A DNA stretch of 64,000 nt, taken from the NCBI GenBank assembly GCA_963667015.2, contig CAXXJJ010000001.1:704001-768000 (forward strand), given 5' to 3'. Shown here one piece after another: positions 10,428-20,454 of this stretch. The position numbers and the translations under genes were made by a program. The first letter of the stretch is position 1. Every line of letters starts with the position of its first letter. A model generated the notes under the pieces. The model ran no database searches. It saw nothing but the letters and a program-made list of their open reading frames with translations, and had not been told where the DNA came from. This stretch comes from Desulfatiglandales bacterium (GTDB lineage Bacteria > Desulfobacterota > DSM-4660 > Desulfatiglandales > HGW-15).

Positions 10428-11030
10428 TTACCCATTCACCAGTCTTACCAGTACATTATCAGGGTAATAATCCAGAATATTAAGACATCCATAGTCCTGT
10501 TGAATATTAAAAAGCTTGTTTATATCCATTTCAAGGGCATCACAGAGGATGGTCCGGTTTACCCCTCCATGTGCAACAATAAGGATCTTTTTCCCGGTAT
10601 GTTTTTTGATAATGCCTTTAAGGCATTTAAGAATCCTTTTGGATACATCCTCCATATTTTCACCGTTCCCCGGAGGTCTGTACCCTGCGATGTCGGCAAA
10701 TCGCTTATCCAGTTCGCCCGGATAGACCTTTTCTATTTCTTCAAGAGACATGCCTTCCCAGTCTCCAAAAAATATCTCCTTCATATCAGGTTCGGATATA
10801 ATGGGGATGTTATGGTATTGGCCAATAATCCTGGCGCCTTTTTCGGTTCTCATTAATCCTGTGGCATAAATAGCATTCAATTCCACCAGGCGTAACCTTT
10901 CGGCCAGGGTATTCATCTGGATGACACCTGTTTCGGTGATATCAACATCAGTATGTCCGTTGGCCACTAATTTATCAAAGCCGACTACCTGCCCGTGTCT
11001 TGCCAGATATAATCTTGTATGTTTTTCCAT
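10428..11030 (-). CDS. Histidine phosphatase family protein (CobC/GpmB-like)
   Basis: RHG motif, EIFFGDWEG and VAHGG. Confidence 0.88.
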   Translation of the reverse strand: MEKHTRLYLARHGQVVGFDKLVANGHTDVDITETGVIQMNTLAERLRLVELNAIYATGLMRTEKGARIIGQYHNIPIISEPDMKEIFFGDWEGMSLEEIEKVYPGELDKRFADIAGYRPPGNGENMEDVSKRILKCLKGIIKKHTGKKILIVAHGGVNRTILCDALEMDINKLFNIQQDYGCLNILDYYPDNVLVRLVNG

Positions 11031-11126
11031 AGCTTTAAATACTATTGATAAGTCTAGTATAAGTCAATGAATTTACTCTTTAAATATTACGGCTAATAAT
11101 GTATAAGACTGGCTGGTTATAAAGCT

Positions 11127-11393
11127 ATGGAAAAGAAAAAATGTTACGGAGTCCTGGATGTGGTTTTTCCCTTTGGAAAAGAAGGGCTGAGAGAGGTGCC
11201 TCCGGATTGTTTCAAATGCCCGGACAGGCTGCCATGCCTTAAGACCGCTATAAACACAAAGGAAGGCTGTGAGATGAGAAGTGACAATCTGAGGAAGATT
11301 CCCGCCAGGGGGCTTATGGATAGAGTAAAAAGATGGTCACAGAAAAAAGAATTAAGCCGCCTTGCAGGTGAAAAAAGAAAAAATGATAATTAA
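11127..11393 (+). CDS. Small Cys-rich hypothetical protein
   Basis: 88 aa with C..CxxC....C; first gene of a co-oriented run. Confidence 0.65.
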   Translation: MEKKKCYGVLDVVFPFGKEGLREVPPDCFKCPDRLPCLKTAINTKEGCEMRSDNLRKIPARGLMDRVKRWSQKKELSRLAGEKRKNDN

Positions 11394-12204
11394 TATTACA
11401 TGTCCGAACTGTGATTTTTCCAAGAAGGTTCCCAGTGAGAAAATCCCGGAAGGGATAAAGCTCGTAAAATGTCCCCGTTGCAGCAATACTTTTGAATTGC
11501 CACCAATGGGTGCCTCTGATACTGAATCTCAGCAGGATTTAAACAGCGAAATTACTGACCGGGAGAGGATACATAGAAGCGCGATCAGTGCGGATGAAGG
11601 GCCGGATTTTTTTACAGTCTTATGGCAGGCATTCAAAGGCGTTTTGTTTTCTCCTGCCGAATTTTTCGCTGAAAAGAGGCGCGAACCGGGTATTGGGCAA
11701 TCCTTTGCATTTGGTCTGCTGCTGGGATCTCTAGGCGCAATGTTCGACATTTTTTGGGCATCTATTTTAGGGTCACCTGTAATTAACTTCATACTCAAGA
11801 TGTTTCCTGAATTCCCTAATCTTAATTATCTTTCTGATAATCATTTTTCCAGTATGGATCTGATTTTTATTGTTTTTTATGTTCTTATATTCATGTTTAT
11901 TGCATCAGCAGTTCTTCACGCCTGTCTTTTTATTATTGGCGGAGCAAAAAGTGGATTTTCCGGAACTTTTAAGGTCTTTGCATACTCAAATGCTACTTCA
12001 ATATTCAGCCTGATACCTTTTGTCGGTGGATTTATTGGTTGGATCTGGGGCCTTGTGATTATGGTAATAGGCCTAAGTGAAATTCATGAAACTTCTACTG
12101 TAAGGGCTGTTTTCGCCCTGCTCATACCTGTTTTTTTATTAATTATTCTCGGGATTATTCTTGGATTTATAGCCTTTTTTATTTTTTCATCCCAAATCAT
12201 TTAA
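11383..12204 (+). CDS. Zinc-ribbon plus YIP1-family membrane protein
   Basis: CPNC...CPRC N-terminus followed by about five TM helices. ATG 11383 overlaps the upstream gene end. Confidence 0.8.
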   Translation: MIINITCPNCDFSKKVPSEKIPEGIKLVKCPRCSNTFELPPMGASDTESQQDLNSEITDRERIHRSAISADEGPDFFTVLWQAFKGVLFSPAEFFAEKRREPGIGQSFAFGLLLGSLGAMFDIFWASILGSPVINFILKMFPEFPNLNYLSDNHFSSMDLIFIVFYVLIFMFIASAVLHACLFIIGGAKSGFSGTFKVFAYSNATSIFSLIPFVGGFIGWIWGLVIMVIGLSEIHETSTVRAVFALLIPVFLLIILGIILGFIAFFIFSSQII

Positions 12205-12211
12205 AACGCAG

Positions 12212-14425
12212 GTGTTATCCTGCAGCTGGAAGGTCAATAGTCTTTTGGAAAACAGTATCAATTATAATGAAGTTTTAAACCCTTCACAGCTTGAAGCGGT
12301 TATGACCCTGAACGGACCTGTTCAGGTAATAGCCGGCGCCGGAAGCGGTAAGACCCGGACGCTGGTCTACAGGGTCGCAAGGCTTGTTGAATCGGGCATC
12401 CCTCCGGAGAACATTCTGCTATTGACATTTACCCGCAAGGCCTCAGGGGAGATGCTTGAAAGGGCCGCAGGCCTGATGGATGAAAGGTGTCATAATGTTG
12501 CAGGAGGAACCTTTCACTCCCTGGCCCACCGGGTGCTGCGCAGGAATGCGCACCTTCTGGGATTTGAAGCGACCTTTACTATACTTGACCGACAGGATAT
12601 GGAAGAGATTGTAAAGGCACTGGTCAAGGAGGTGAATCCGGACAACAATGTAACAAGGTTTCCCAAGAAAGGAACAATCACCTCGATCATCAGCAAGGCA
12701 GCCAACCTGGAAAGGCCGATCGACTGGCTCATGACAGATGAATACAGCCAGTTCCTTGAACATGCGGCCAAAATTACAAAGATCTCTGAACTCTATAGAA
12801 CGTATAAAAAGAATAACCAGTTGATGGACTATGATGACCTGCTCATCCTGTTCAGGCAGCTCCTTGCTGACAATGAATCCATAAGGGATGACCTGAGCAG
12901 AAGGTATGGCTACATCATGGTCGATGAGTATCAGGACACAAACGGCATACAGGCTGATATTGTAAAATGGCTCGCCTCAAGTCACCATAATGTTATGGTT
13001 GTTGGCGATGACTCCCAGTCCATATATTCCTTCAGGGGCGCCAACTACAGGAATATGTTCGAGTTCCAGGATATTTTTCCGGAAGTAAAGACCATCAAAC
13101 TGGAGCAGAATTACAGGTCAACACAGCCGATCCTGAAACTTACAAATGCCATAATGGATTATGCCACTGAAAAGTTCACTAAGTGCCTGTTTACCAAACG
13201 CGAGGGAGGCGAAAAACCAAAGGTAGTTGATGTAAAGTCTGATCCTGAACAGGCCATGTTTATATCCTCCTCCATAAAGAATTACCTGGAGCAGGGATAT
13301 ACCTATAAGGATATGGCCATACTTTTCAGAGCGGCTCACCATTCCTTTGAGCTTGAGCTCGAGCTTGTGAGGCAGGATGTTCCATTTGTAAAATACGGCG
13401 GGTTCAAATTTCTTGAGTCTTCACACATTAAAGATCTGCTTTCCCATTTGAGGGTAATTGCAAATAAAAATGATACAATAAGCTGGGGAAGAATTTTAAG
13501 GCTTGTGAAAAATATCGGCCAAAAGAAGAGCCAGTCAATAATAAAGTGGCTCAGGGATCAGCCTGATGACTCCTTTGACCTTGGGAAGTGGCCGGGTCTT
13601 GGTAAACGATATGAAGGATTAAAAGACCTGGCAGAGCTCCTTAAAAAACTGTCTGTGCCGGATATCAAGCCTGCAAAGGCCGTTGAACTTGCCTACAAAT
13701 ATTATGAGCCAATCCTCAAGGAGAATTTTGATAATTACCCTAAACGGCAGAAGGACCTTGATCAGTTGATACCCATGGCCGAACGCTTTAAAAGCCTGGG
13801 ACCTTTTCTTGATGAACTGGTGTTAGATCCGCCTTCAAGTACGATTGATATTGAACCTGAATCAGATGATAATTTTGTTACATTATCCACTGTGCACTCT
13901 TCCAAAGGACTTGAGTGGCCGATTGTTTTTATCATCTGGGTAATGGAGGGATATTTCCCTTCCGCAAGGGCACACTCAAGTGCGGAATCCATTGAAGAAG
14001 AACGCCGTTTAATGTATGTTGCCACAACCAGGGCAAAGGACAGGCTGATAATGTGTTACCCCGGCATGGAGTCTCTTCCGTCATGGCAGCTCGCGGATAT
14101 GGGTTTTAGAACTGGTCTGTCCTCCTTTATAAAAGATGTACCTGAAGATATTGTTGAGCATAAGTCTAACGGGAATACATGGCCCTTTGCAAAACAATCA
14201 TGGCCTTCAAAGCCCCGGAAGATATATAAAAGGCCGGGTGCCGTTGAAATGCCTTCTGCAAAAAGCAGTTCGGGAGATCTCCGAACAGGTGATCGGGTCA
14301 TGCATCCGGCCTTTGGAAAAGGTGTTGTCTCAAAGTTTGTTGACGGCAACAAGGTTGAGGTGCTTTTCAGCAGTGTGGGAAGAAAACTTCTGCACCTGGA
14401 ACATACGACGCTAACAAGGATTTAA
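12212..14425 (+). CDS. UvrD/PcrA/Rep family ATP-dependent DNA helicase
   Basis: AGAGSGKT, VDEYQD, VGDDSQSIYSFRGA, STVHSSKGLE, EERRLMYVA and a C-terminal Tudor-like tail. The start may be TTG about 30 nt downstream. Confidence 0.93.
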   Translation: MLSCSWKVNSLLENSINYNEVLNPSQLEAVMTLNGPVQVIAGAGSGKTRTLVYRVARLVESGIPPENILLLTFTRKASGEMLERAAGLMDERCHNVAGGTFHSLAHRVLRRNAHLLGFEATFTILDRQDMEEIVKALVKEVNPDNNVTRFPKKGTITSIISKAANLERPIDWLMTDEYSQFLEHAAKITKISELYRTYKKNNQLMDYDDLLILFRQLLADNESIRDDLSRRYGYIMVDEYQDTNGIQADIVKWLASSHHNVMVVGDDSQSIYSFRGANYRNMFEFQDIFPEVKTIKLEQNYRSTQPILKLTNAIMDYATEKFTKCLFTKREGGEKPKVVDVKSDPEQAMFISSSIKNYLEQGYTYKDMAILFRAAHHSFELELELVRQDVPFVKYGGFKFLESSHIKDLLSHLRVIANKNDTISWGRILRLVKNIGQKKSQSIIKWLRDQPDDSFDLGKWPGLGKRYEGLKDLAELLKKLSVPDIKPAKAVELAYKYYEPILKENFDNYPKRQKDLDQLIPMAERFKSLGPFLDELVLDPPSSTIDIEPESDDNFVTLSTVHSSKGLEWPIVFIIWVMEGYFPSARAHSSAESIEEERRLMYVATTRAKDRLIMCYPGMESLPSWQLADMGFRTGLSSFIKDVPEDIVEHKSNGNTWPFAKQSWPSKPRKIYKRPGAVEMPSAKSSSGDLRTGDRVMHPAFGKGVVSKFVDGNKVEVLFSSVGRKLLHLEHTTLTRI

Positions 14426-14429
14426 AAAT

Positions 14430-15713
14430 ATGACTTACAAACAGGCATTAAATTATCTATATGGTCTTCAGAAGTACGGAGTAAAATTCGGACTTTCAAA
14501 GACATCGAATATTATGAAAAAAATGGGTAATCCCCATAAAGGCCAAAAATATATCCATATTGCCGGCACAAACGGCAAAGGTTCTGTCTCAGCCATGATA
14601 GAATCGGTGCTTATGAAATCCGGGCTTAAAGTCGGATTCTATTCCTCTCCTCATCTTGTCAGATTTACCGAACGCTTTCGCATCAATCGTAAAGAGATAA
14701 GTAAAAAAAAGGTTGTTGAGTTAACCGAAGAAATAAAAAGTATAATAAATCCGGCGGAGCCGCCTACTTATTTTGAGGCTACTACAGCCATGGCCCTGGC
14801 CTATTTTGCCAGGGAGAATACCGATATTGCCATCATGGAAGTCGGCATGGGGGGCAGGCTGGACGCGACAAATATAATCAGGCCCCTTGTCTCAGCCATT
14901 ACAAATATCTCCATGGAACACCAGGCATTCCTGGGCAACACACTTAATGAGATAGCCGGTGAAAAGGCAGGGATAATTAAAAAAGGCGTTAATACGATAG
15001 CTTCAGCCACACAACCCGGTGTATCAAATCTTTTCAGGAAGGTGTGCGAGGAAAGGAAAGCTCCTTTTTTCCAGGTCGGAAAGGATGTAAGGTATCGTAA
15101 TTCGGACAATGGTTTTAACTATTATGGTCTTAACAGGAAAATCAGCAATATAAATCTTACATTAAAGGGAGAGTTTCAGCACAGGAATACGGCGCTCGCC
15201 ATAGGCATACTGGAACTGCTTGAGAAAAAAGGCTATAAATTAAAAGATCAGGATATAAAATCGGGTGTTGAAGAAACCACCTGGACAGGAAGGATTCAGG
15301 TCCTGTCGGAAAAACCTTTAATAGTAGTTGACGGGGCGCATAATCCGGGGGCAGCCCGGGTTCTTGTGGATGCAGTCAAAAATGATTTCGACTATAAAAG
15401 GCTCATTCTTATCCTTGGTGTAATGGCGGATAAGGATATAAACAGTATTGTAAAGGAAATTGCAGGAATGGCTGATCAGGTTATATGCTCGAGTCCTGAA
15501 TACTTTCGTTCTGCTACACCTGAAGAACTGCACAAAATAGTGTCACATTACAATAAAAAGACTGAAATGATAAAAACATTGCCTGAGGCTATTAAAAAAG
15601 CAAAAGGAATCGCTAAACCTGATGATATGATTCTTATTACCGGATCACTTTTTACTGTGGGAGAGGCATTGACTGCCATTGATCCAGTCAAGTACAAATC
15701 TGATGGGATATAA
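14430..15713 (+). CDS. folC: Folylpolyglutamate synthase/dihydrofolate synthase
   Basis: HIAGTNGKGS, EVGMGGRLDATN, DGAHNP and TGSL motifs. Confidence 0.95.
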   Translation: MTYKQALNYLYGLQKYGVKFGLSKTSNIMKKMGNPHKGQKYIHIAGTNGKGSVSAMIESVLMKSGLKVGFYSSPHLVRFTERFRINRKEISKKKVVELTEEIKSIINPAEPPTYFEATTAMALAYFARENTDIAIMEVGMGGRLDATNIIRPLVSAITNISMEHQAFLGNTLNEIAGEKAGIIKKGVNTIASATQPGVSNLFRKVCEERKAPFFQVGKDVRYRNSDNGFNYYGLNRKISNINLTLKGEFQHRNTALAIGILELLEKKGYKLKDQDIKSGVEETTWTGRIQVLSEKPLIVVDGAHNPGAARVLVDAVKNDFDYKRLILILGVMADKDINSIVKEIAGMADQVICSSPEYFRSATPEELHKIVSHYNKKTEMIKTLPEAIKKAKGIAKPDDMILITGSLFTVGEALTAIDPVKYKSDGI

Positions 15714-15721
15714 AACTACAT

Positions 15722-17953
15722 TTGATAAATATCAAAGATGCCGGTTTCATTGAAAAATGGAGGCTCACCATATCAGTTAAAATTAAAATATTTACCATGT
15801 TGCTTTTCTGGATGTTACTTTCTTTCCAGGTGCTCGATGCACAGGAGACAATAAAGAACAGGTTTAAACTGGGCAAAGATTCTACCCTTGATATAGAGTC
15901 TATAGATTTTAAGGGGCAGCTGAAAGAGGATTTATACATCGCCACAGGCGATGCAACACTCAGGTCTGAAAAATTCACACTTTCAGCACAAAAAGCCATT
16001 TATAATGACAAGACTAAAACAGCGGAAGTATCGGGCGGCTTTTTATTTGAGTCAGAAGAGGACACTTTAGCCGGTGAAAGCGCGACCTTCAACCTTGCCG
16101 AGCAGACAGGAGTTATTAATGATGCCAGGCTTTTTTTCAATGAATATAATTTTTATTTTTACGGTGGAAGAATAGATAAATACGGTGAAAAAAATTATGT
16201 AATAAAAGATTTTAAACTTACGACCTGTGACGGTGAGTCCCCGGAATGGAGTATAACCGGATCTGAAATAAGGTTAACAGTTGAAGGATACGGCATTCTG
16301 CATAAAGGGGTTTTCAGGCTGAAAGATATACCTGTAGCATATCTGCCCTATCTGCCATTCCCCGCAAAGACAAAGAGACAGTCCGGTGTACTGACACCGC
16401 AGGCCGGTTATTCCAGCCGGAACGGAGTGGAGTTTGAGGTGCCGATATTCTGGGCCGTTTCAGACAGTGCAGATATGACATTTTATGAAAGATATATGAC
16501 TGACAGGGGGTTGATGCAGGGGCTGGAGCTGAGGTACGTATCCGGTATGGATTCAAAAGGGTCATTTAATCTTGATATCCTTTCGGACAGGATTGAAGAG
16601 AAAAATATGGATGATCCGGATCAGCTTAAAATAAGTCCTTACCAGAGAAAAAACAGCGGCCGTTACTGGTTTCGCGGAAGGATAGACCAGCAGCTCCCGT
16701 CAGGAATAAAGGCACGTCTTAATGCAGATGTTGTAAGTGATCAGGATTATTTGAGGGAGTTTGAAACAGATCTTGCCGGCTTTAATAAACGTCCGGATTA
16801 TGAAGAAGAGTTCGGCCGTCCCATTGAAGAGTTTAACTCACCTCTGAGGGCATCTACCCTGAGACTGTCACGGGACAATGAAAACTACAGCCTGCAGGCT
16901 CTCTCATCATTCTACCAGAGACCTGAAGGATATATTAATGATACAACACCGGAACCATTGGCCGGGGTTGCTTTTTCCATGCTTCCCCGGCTTCTGAAAA
17001 AGGTACCCTTGTCCTTTTCTTTGAAAAGCGATTATGACTATATATGGCGTGATTATGGGCAGAAAGGGCATACTCTTTCTGTGTCACCGGAGGTGTCATA
17101 CCCCCTGTGGTTTGGAAACTATCTTCAGCTGGAAACAAGCGCAGGTTATACCCGTGATACCCAGTGGCTTGAAAATACTGCGGGTAATGGCACCGGCAGT
17201 CAGTCCCGGGATGTGTTTTATGGAGAAGTAAGGCTTTCGACATTGCTTGAGCGGGTGTTTGAAGTTGATTCGAAACATGCTCAAAAAATTAAACACAAGA
17301 TCGTTCCCAGCCTGGCCTATGAATACAGGAGCCATAAAGATGAAGACAGGTATCAGCCCTGGTTTGAATCAATTGATGAAGATGGCAGTGCAAACAGGGT
17401 TGTGTTTTCCCTGGACAATTCCATCGATGCCAAAAAGGTTGATACTAATGGTAGTATAACCTATTCACAGTGGGGAACCTTCAGGCTGACCCAGGGATAC
17501 GATATTGATGAGTCCAGAAGGGATATAGATCCCGGACAAAAACATGAGCCCTTTGAACCCCTGACCGCAGAGCTTAGGTTAATGCCCTATTCAAAGATAA
17601 AAATGAATACCGAGGTCAGGTGGGATCATTATAAGGATGATTTTTCCTATGCCGATGTTGCATTTAAATTTGATGTGAATAGAGCAAATAACAGGACCGA
17701 TATCTACAGGCTTGATTATGTCTACAATGATGACGGGAATAAGGGACTAAGTTATTACATGAATATAAACCTGACAGAGGATTTTGCCCTGGGAAGTTCA
17801 CTCCGGAGGGATATTGAATCTGATAACGATATTGAAAAAAGCTACTGGCTGGAATATCACTCCCAGTGCTTGCGCATAAGGCTTGGAGTTCAACAGTATG
17901 ATGAAGAATCAAGAGTTATGCTTAGTTTTAAATTATTTGGTTTCAGTGACTGA
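15722..17953 (+). CDS. lptD: LPS assembly outer membrane protein LptD
   Basis: N-terminal jellyroll with TTCD, RQSGVL.P motif, beta-barrel and C-terminal QC; follows folC. Start uncertain. Confidence 0.85.
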   Translation: MINIKDAGFIEKWRLTISVKIKIFTMLLFWMLLSFQVLDAQETIKNRFKLGKDSTLDIESIDFKGQLKEDLYIATGDATLRSEKFTLSAQKAIYNDKTKTAEVSGGFLFESEEDTLAGESATFNLAEQTGVINDARLFFNEYNFYFYGGRIDKYGEKNYVIKDFKLTTCDGESPEWSITGSEIRLTVEGYGILHKGVFRLKDIPVAYLPYLPFPAKTKRQSGVLTPQAGYSSRNGVEFEVPIFWAVSDSADMTFYERYMTDRGLMQGLELRYVSGMDSKGSFNLDILSDRIEEKNMDDPDQLKISPYQRKNSGRYWFRGRIDQQLPSGIKARLNADVVSDQDYLREFETDLAGFNKRPDYEEEFGRPIEEFNSPLRASTLRLSRDNENYSLQALSSFYQRPEGYINDTTPEPLAGVAFSMLPRLLKKVPLSFSLKSDYDYIWRDYGQKGHTLSVSPEVSYPLWFGNYLQLETSAGYTRDTQWLENTAGNGTGSQSRDVFYGEVRLSTLLERVFEVDSKHAQKIKHKIVPSLAYEYRSHKDEDRYQPWFESIDEDGSANRVVFSLDNSIDAKKVDTNGSITYSQWGTFRLTQGYDIDESRRDIDPGQKHEPFEPLTAELRLMPYSKIKMNTEVRWDHYKDDFSYADVAFKFDVNRANNRTDIYRLDYVYNDDGNKGLSYYMNINLTEDFALGSSLRRDIESDNDIEKSYWLEYHSQCLRIRLGVQQYDEESRVMLSFKLFGFSD

Positions 17954-17997
17954 CACGATTATTTATCGTCAAATCAAGACAACAGGAAAGGGAAACA

Positions 17998-19071
17998 ATG
18001 TACTCAGTTATCATGGCCGGTGGTTCTGGCACAAGATTCTGGCCATACAGCCGCAAACAGAGACCTAAACAACTTTTAAATATTACTGGCAATAAGCCCA
18101 TGATAGTAGAAACCTGTGACCGGCTTTTACCTGCTTCAAAGGATCAGGAGATGATAATTATTCTGGGAGAAAGCCACTATGAGGAAACAGTGTCGCTCTT
18201 TTCCGGGAGGGATATAAACATACTTGCTGAACCGGTTGGCAGGAATACGGCCCCATGTATTGGTCTTGGTGCCCTTTATGCCCGTTACCTGGGCTGTGAA
18301 GGCGCACTCGCCTTTTTGCCTGCAGATCACTTTATTGGCAATGAGCCCGCGTTTCTTGAATGTCTCACGATGGCAGGAAAGGCAAGTGAACAGGGCGGGA
18401 TTGTAACTCTTGGCATCATCCCTTCACGACCTGAGACAGGATATGGGTATATTCAAAAATCTGATGAGAATATAGACGCAGGTAATGACAAATATAAGGT
18501 TTCTAAGTTTGTCGAAAAGCCTCACCTGGAAAAGGCTATGGAATATATCAGTAGTGGTAATTATTACTGGAATGCAGGTATTTTTGTCGCCACCCCTGAA
18601 ACCATATTGAAAGAAATGAAGATATGCATGCCTGATACATATGACAGTTTATTGAAGCTGGAACCATATTTCAGTTCCGGGGATTTTAAAGAAAAATTTG
18701 CAGAAGTCTATTCCGAAATAGCGTCAGAATCCTTTGATTTTGGTGTTATGGAAAAGACAGAGGCTGACGTATTTGTGATACCGTGCGAATGTGGCTGGAG
18801 TGATGTCGGATCATGGGAATCGCTCTACGAACTCAGATCGGTTGAATATGATAGTAATAATAATCTCCAGGATGGTGATACATTTCTGAGCGGGTGTGAA
18901 GGGAGTTATGTCTCATCTATGGGTAACAGGTTTGTTGCATGCTTAGGGCTTAAAAACTGCATCGTAATAGACAGGGATGACGCCCTGCTTGTCGCAGACA
19001 TGAAGAAATCCCAGGAGATACGTAAAATTGTTGATGAGCTTAAAAAAAGGAAGAGAGAGGATCTGCTTTGA
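17998..19071 (+). CDS. manC: Mannose-1-phosphate guanylyltransferase
   Basis: MAGGSGTRFWP, EPVGRNTAP, PADH, FVEKP and WSDVGSW. Confidence 0.93.
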   Translation: MYSVIMAGGSGTRFWPYSRKQRPKQLLNITGNKPMIVETCDRLLPASKDQEMIIILGESHYEETVSLFSGRDINILAEPVGRNTAPCIGLGALYARYLGCEGALAFLPADHFIGNEPAFLECLTMAGKASEQGGIVTLGIIPSRPETGYGYIQKSDENIDAGNDKYKVSKFVEKPHLEKAMEYISSGNYYWNAGIFVATPETILKEMKICMPDTYDSLLKLEPYFSSGDFKEKFAEVYSEIASESFDFGVMEKTEADVFVIPCECGWSDVGSWESLYELRSVEYDSNNNLQDGDTFLSGCEGSYVSSMGNRFVACLGLKNCIVIDRDDALLVADMKKSQEIRKIVDELKKRKREDLL

Positions 19072-20420
19072 ACGCAGCTATCTTCAGAGAATATGACATT
19101 CGCGGAAAATTTCCCGATGATTTGAATAATGAAACAGCTTATGAACTGGGTAAATCATTCGGAACCTATTTTCAGTCAAATGGTGCAGTAAAAATATCAG
19201 TAGGTCATGACTGCAGGGAAAGCTCCCCTGTTCTCAAGGATGCCCTTATAAAAGGCCTTCTTGAAACCGGAATGGAAGTAACCTGTATAGGTATGGTTCC
19301 TACTCCACTTTCATATTTTTCAATTCATGAGTTGAAACTGGATGGCGCAGTTATGGTTACAGGAAGTCATAATCCTCCTGAATACAACGGTTTCAAAATA
19401 AGTCTCGGGAAATCAACAATACATGGTGAAGAGATACAGAAGATAAGGAAAATCCAGGAAGCAGGCAGTTTTAAAACAGGGAAGGGGACACTCGCTGAGG
19501 CGGATGTTAAAAGGCCATATCTGAATTATCTTGCAGACAATCTTAGGCCCGGCAGTATTAAAAGGAAAGTTATTGTGGATGCAGGAAACGGGGTCGGCGG
19601 CATTGTTGCCCCTGATGCGTATAGAGCAATGGGTGTCGATGTAGAAACCCTTTTCTGCGAGCCCGACGGCAGGTTTCCCAACCATCATCCTGATCCTACA
19701 ATTCCTGAAAACCTGGTGGAACTTAAAAAATATGTAGATGAAAAAGATGCGGATCTGGGTATTTCCTTTGACGGTGACGCAGACAGGATAGGTGTTGTCG
19801 ACAAAGAGGGAAACATTATCTGGGGTGATCAGCTGATGATAATCTTTTCAAGGGATATCCTGAGTAGAAATCCCGGTGCACCGATCATAGGTGAAGTTAA
19901 ATGCTCCCAGGTGCTTTACGATGATATTGCAAAACAGGGCGGTAAACCAGTCATGTGGAAGGCCGGCCATTCCCTTATTAAAAGTAAAATGAAGGAAACA
20001 GGTGCACTGTTTGCAGGGGAGATGAGCGGTCACCTCTTTTTCAATGACAGGTATTTCGGGTTTGATGATGCAGTATACGCCGGGGCCAGGCTCCTTGAAA
20101 TAATGACAACGCAGGACAAAAGCGTAAGGGATCTCCTTTCGGGAATACCTGAAATGGTTAATACACCGGAAATTAGAATGGACTGCCCTGATGATAAAAA
20201 ATTTAATGTGGTCAAAAAGCTGGTAGAGGAATTTAAAAAAGAATATGATGTGATTGATGTTGACGGCGCCAGGGTCCTCTTTGATGGCGGGTGGGGTCTT
20301 ATAAGATCCTCAAACACCCAGCCGGTTCTTGTGCTCAGGTTTGAAGCGACCGATGAAAAACGCCTTGAAGAGATAAGATCCGTTTTTATGGAAAAACTCG
20401 AAAGGGCATTGGCAGATTGA
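19068..20420 (+). CDS. Phosphomannomutase/phosphoglucomutase (AlgC/ManB type)
   Basis: FREYDIRG, TGSHNP, DGDADR and GEMSGH. Confidence 0.95.
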   Translation: MNAAIFREYDIRGKFPDDLNNETAYELGKSFGTYFQSNGAVKISVGHDCRESSPVLKDALIKGLLETGMEVTCIGMVPTPLSYFSIHELKLDGAVMVTGSHNPPEYNGFKISLGKSTIHGEEIQKIRKIQEAGSFKTGKGTLAEADVKRPYLNYLADNLRPGSIKRKVIVDAGNGVGGIVAPDAYRAMGVDVETLFCEPDGRFPNHHPDPTIPENLVELKKYVDEKDADLGISFDGDADRIGVVDKEGNIIWGDQLMIIFSRDILSRNPGAPIIGEVKCSQVLYDDIAKQGGKPVMWKAGHSLIKSKMKETGALFAGEMSGHLFFNDRYFGFDDAVYAGARLLEIMTTQDKSVRDLLSGIPEMVNTPEIRMDCPDDKKFNVVKKLVEEFKKEYDVIDVDGARVLFDGGWGLIRSSNTQPVLVLRFEATDEKRLEEIRSVFMEKLERALAD

Positions 20421-20454
20421 TTAATAATAGAAATAAATATGAGTAAAGAGGTTT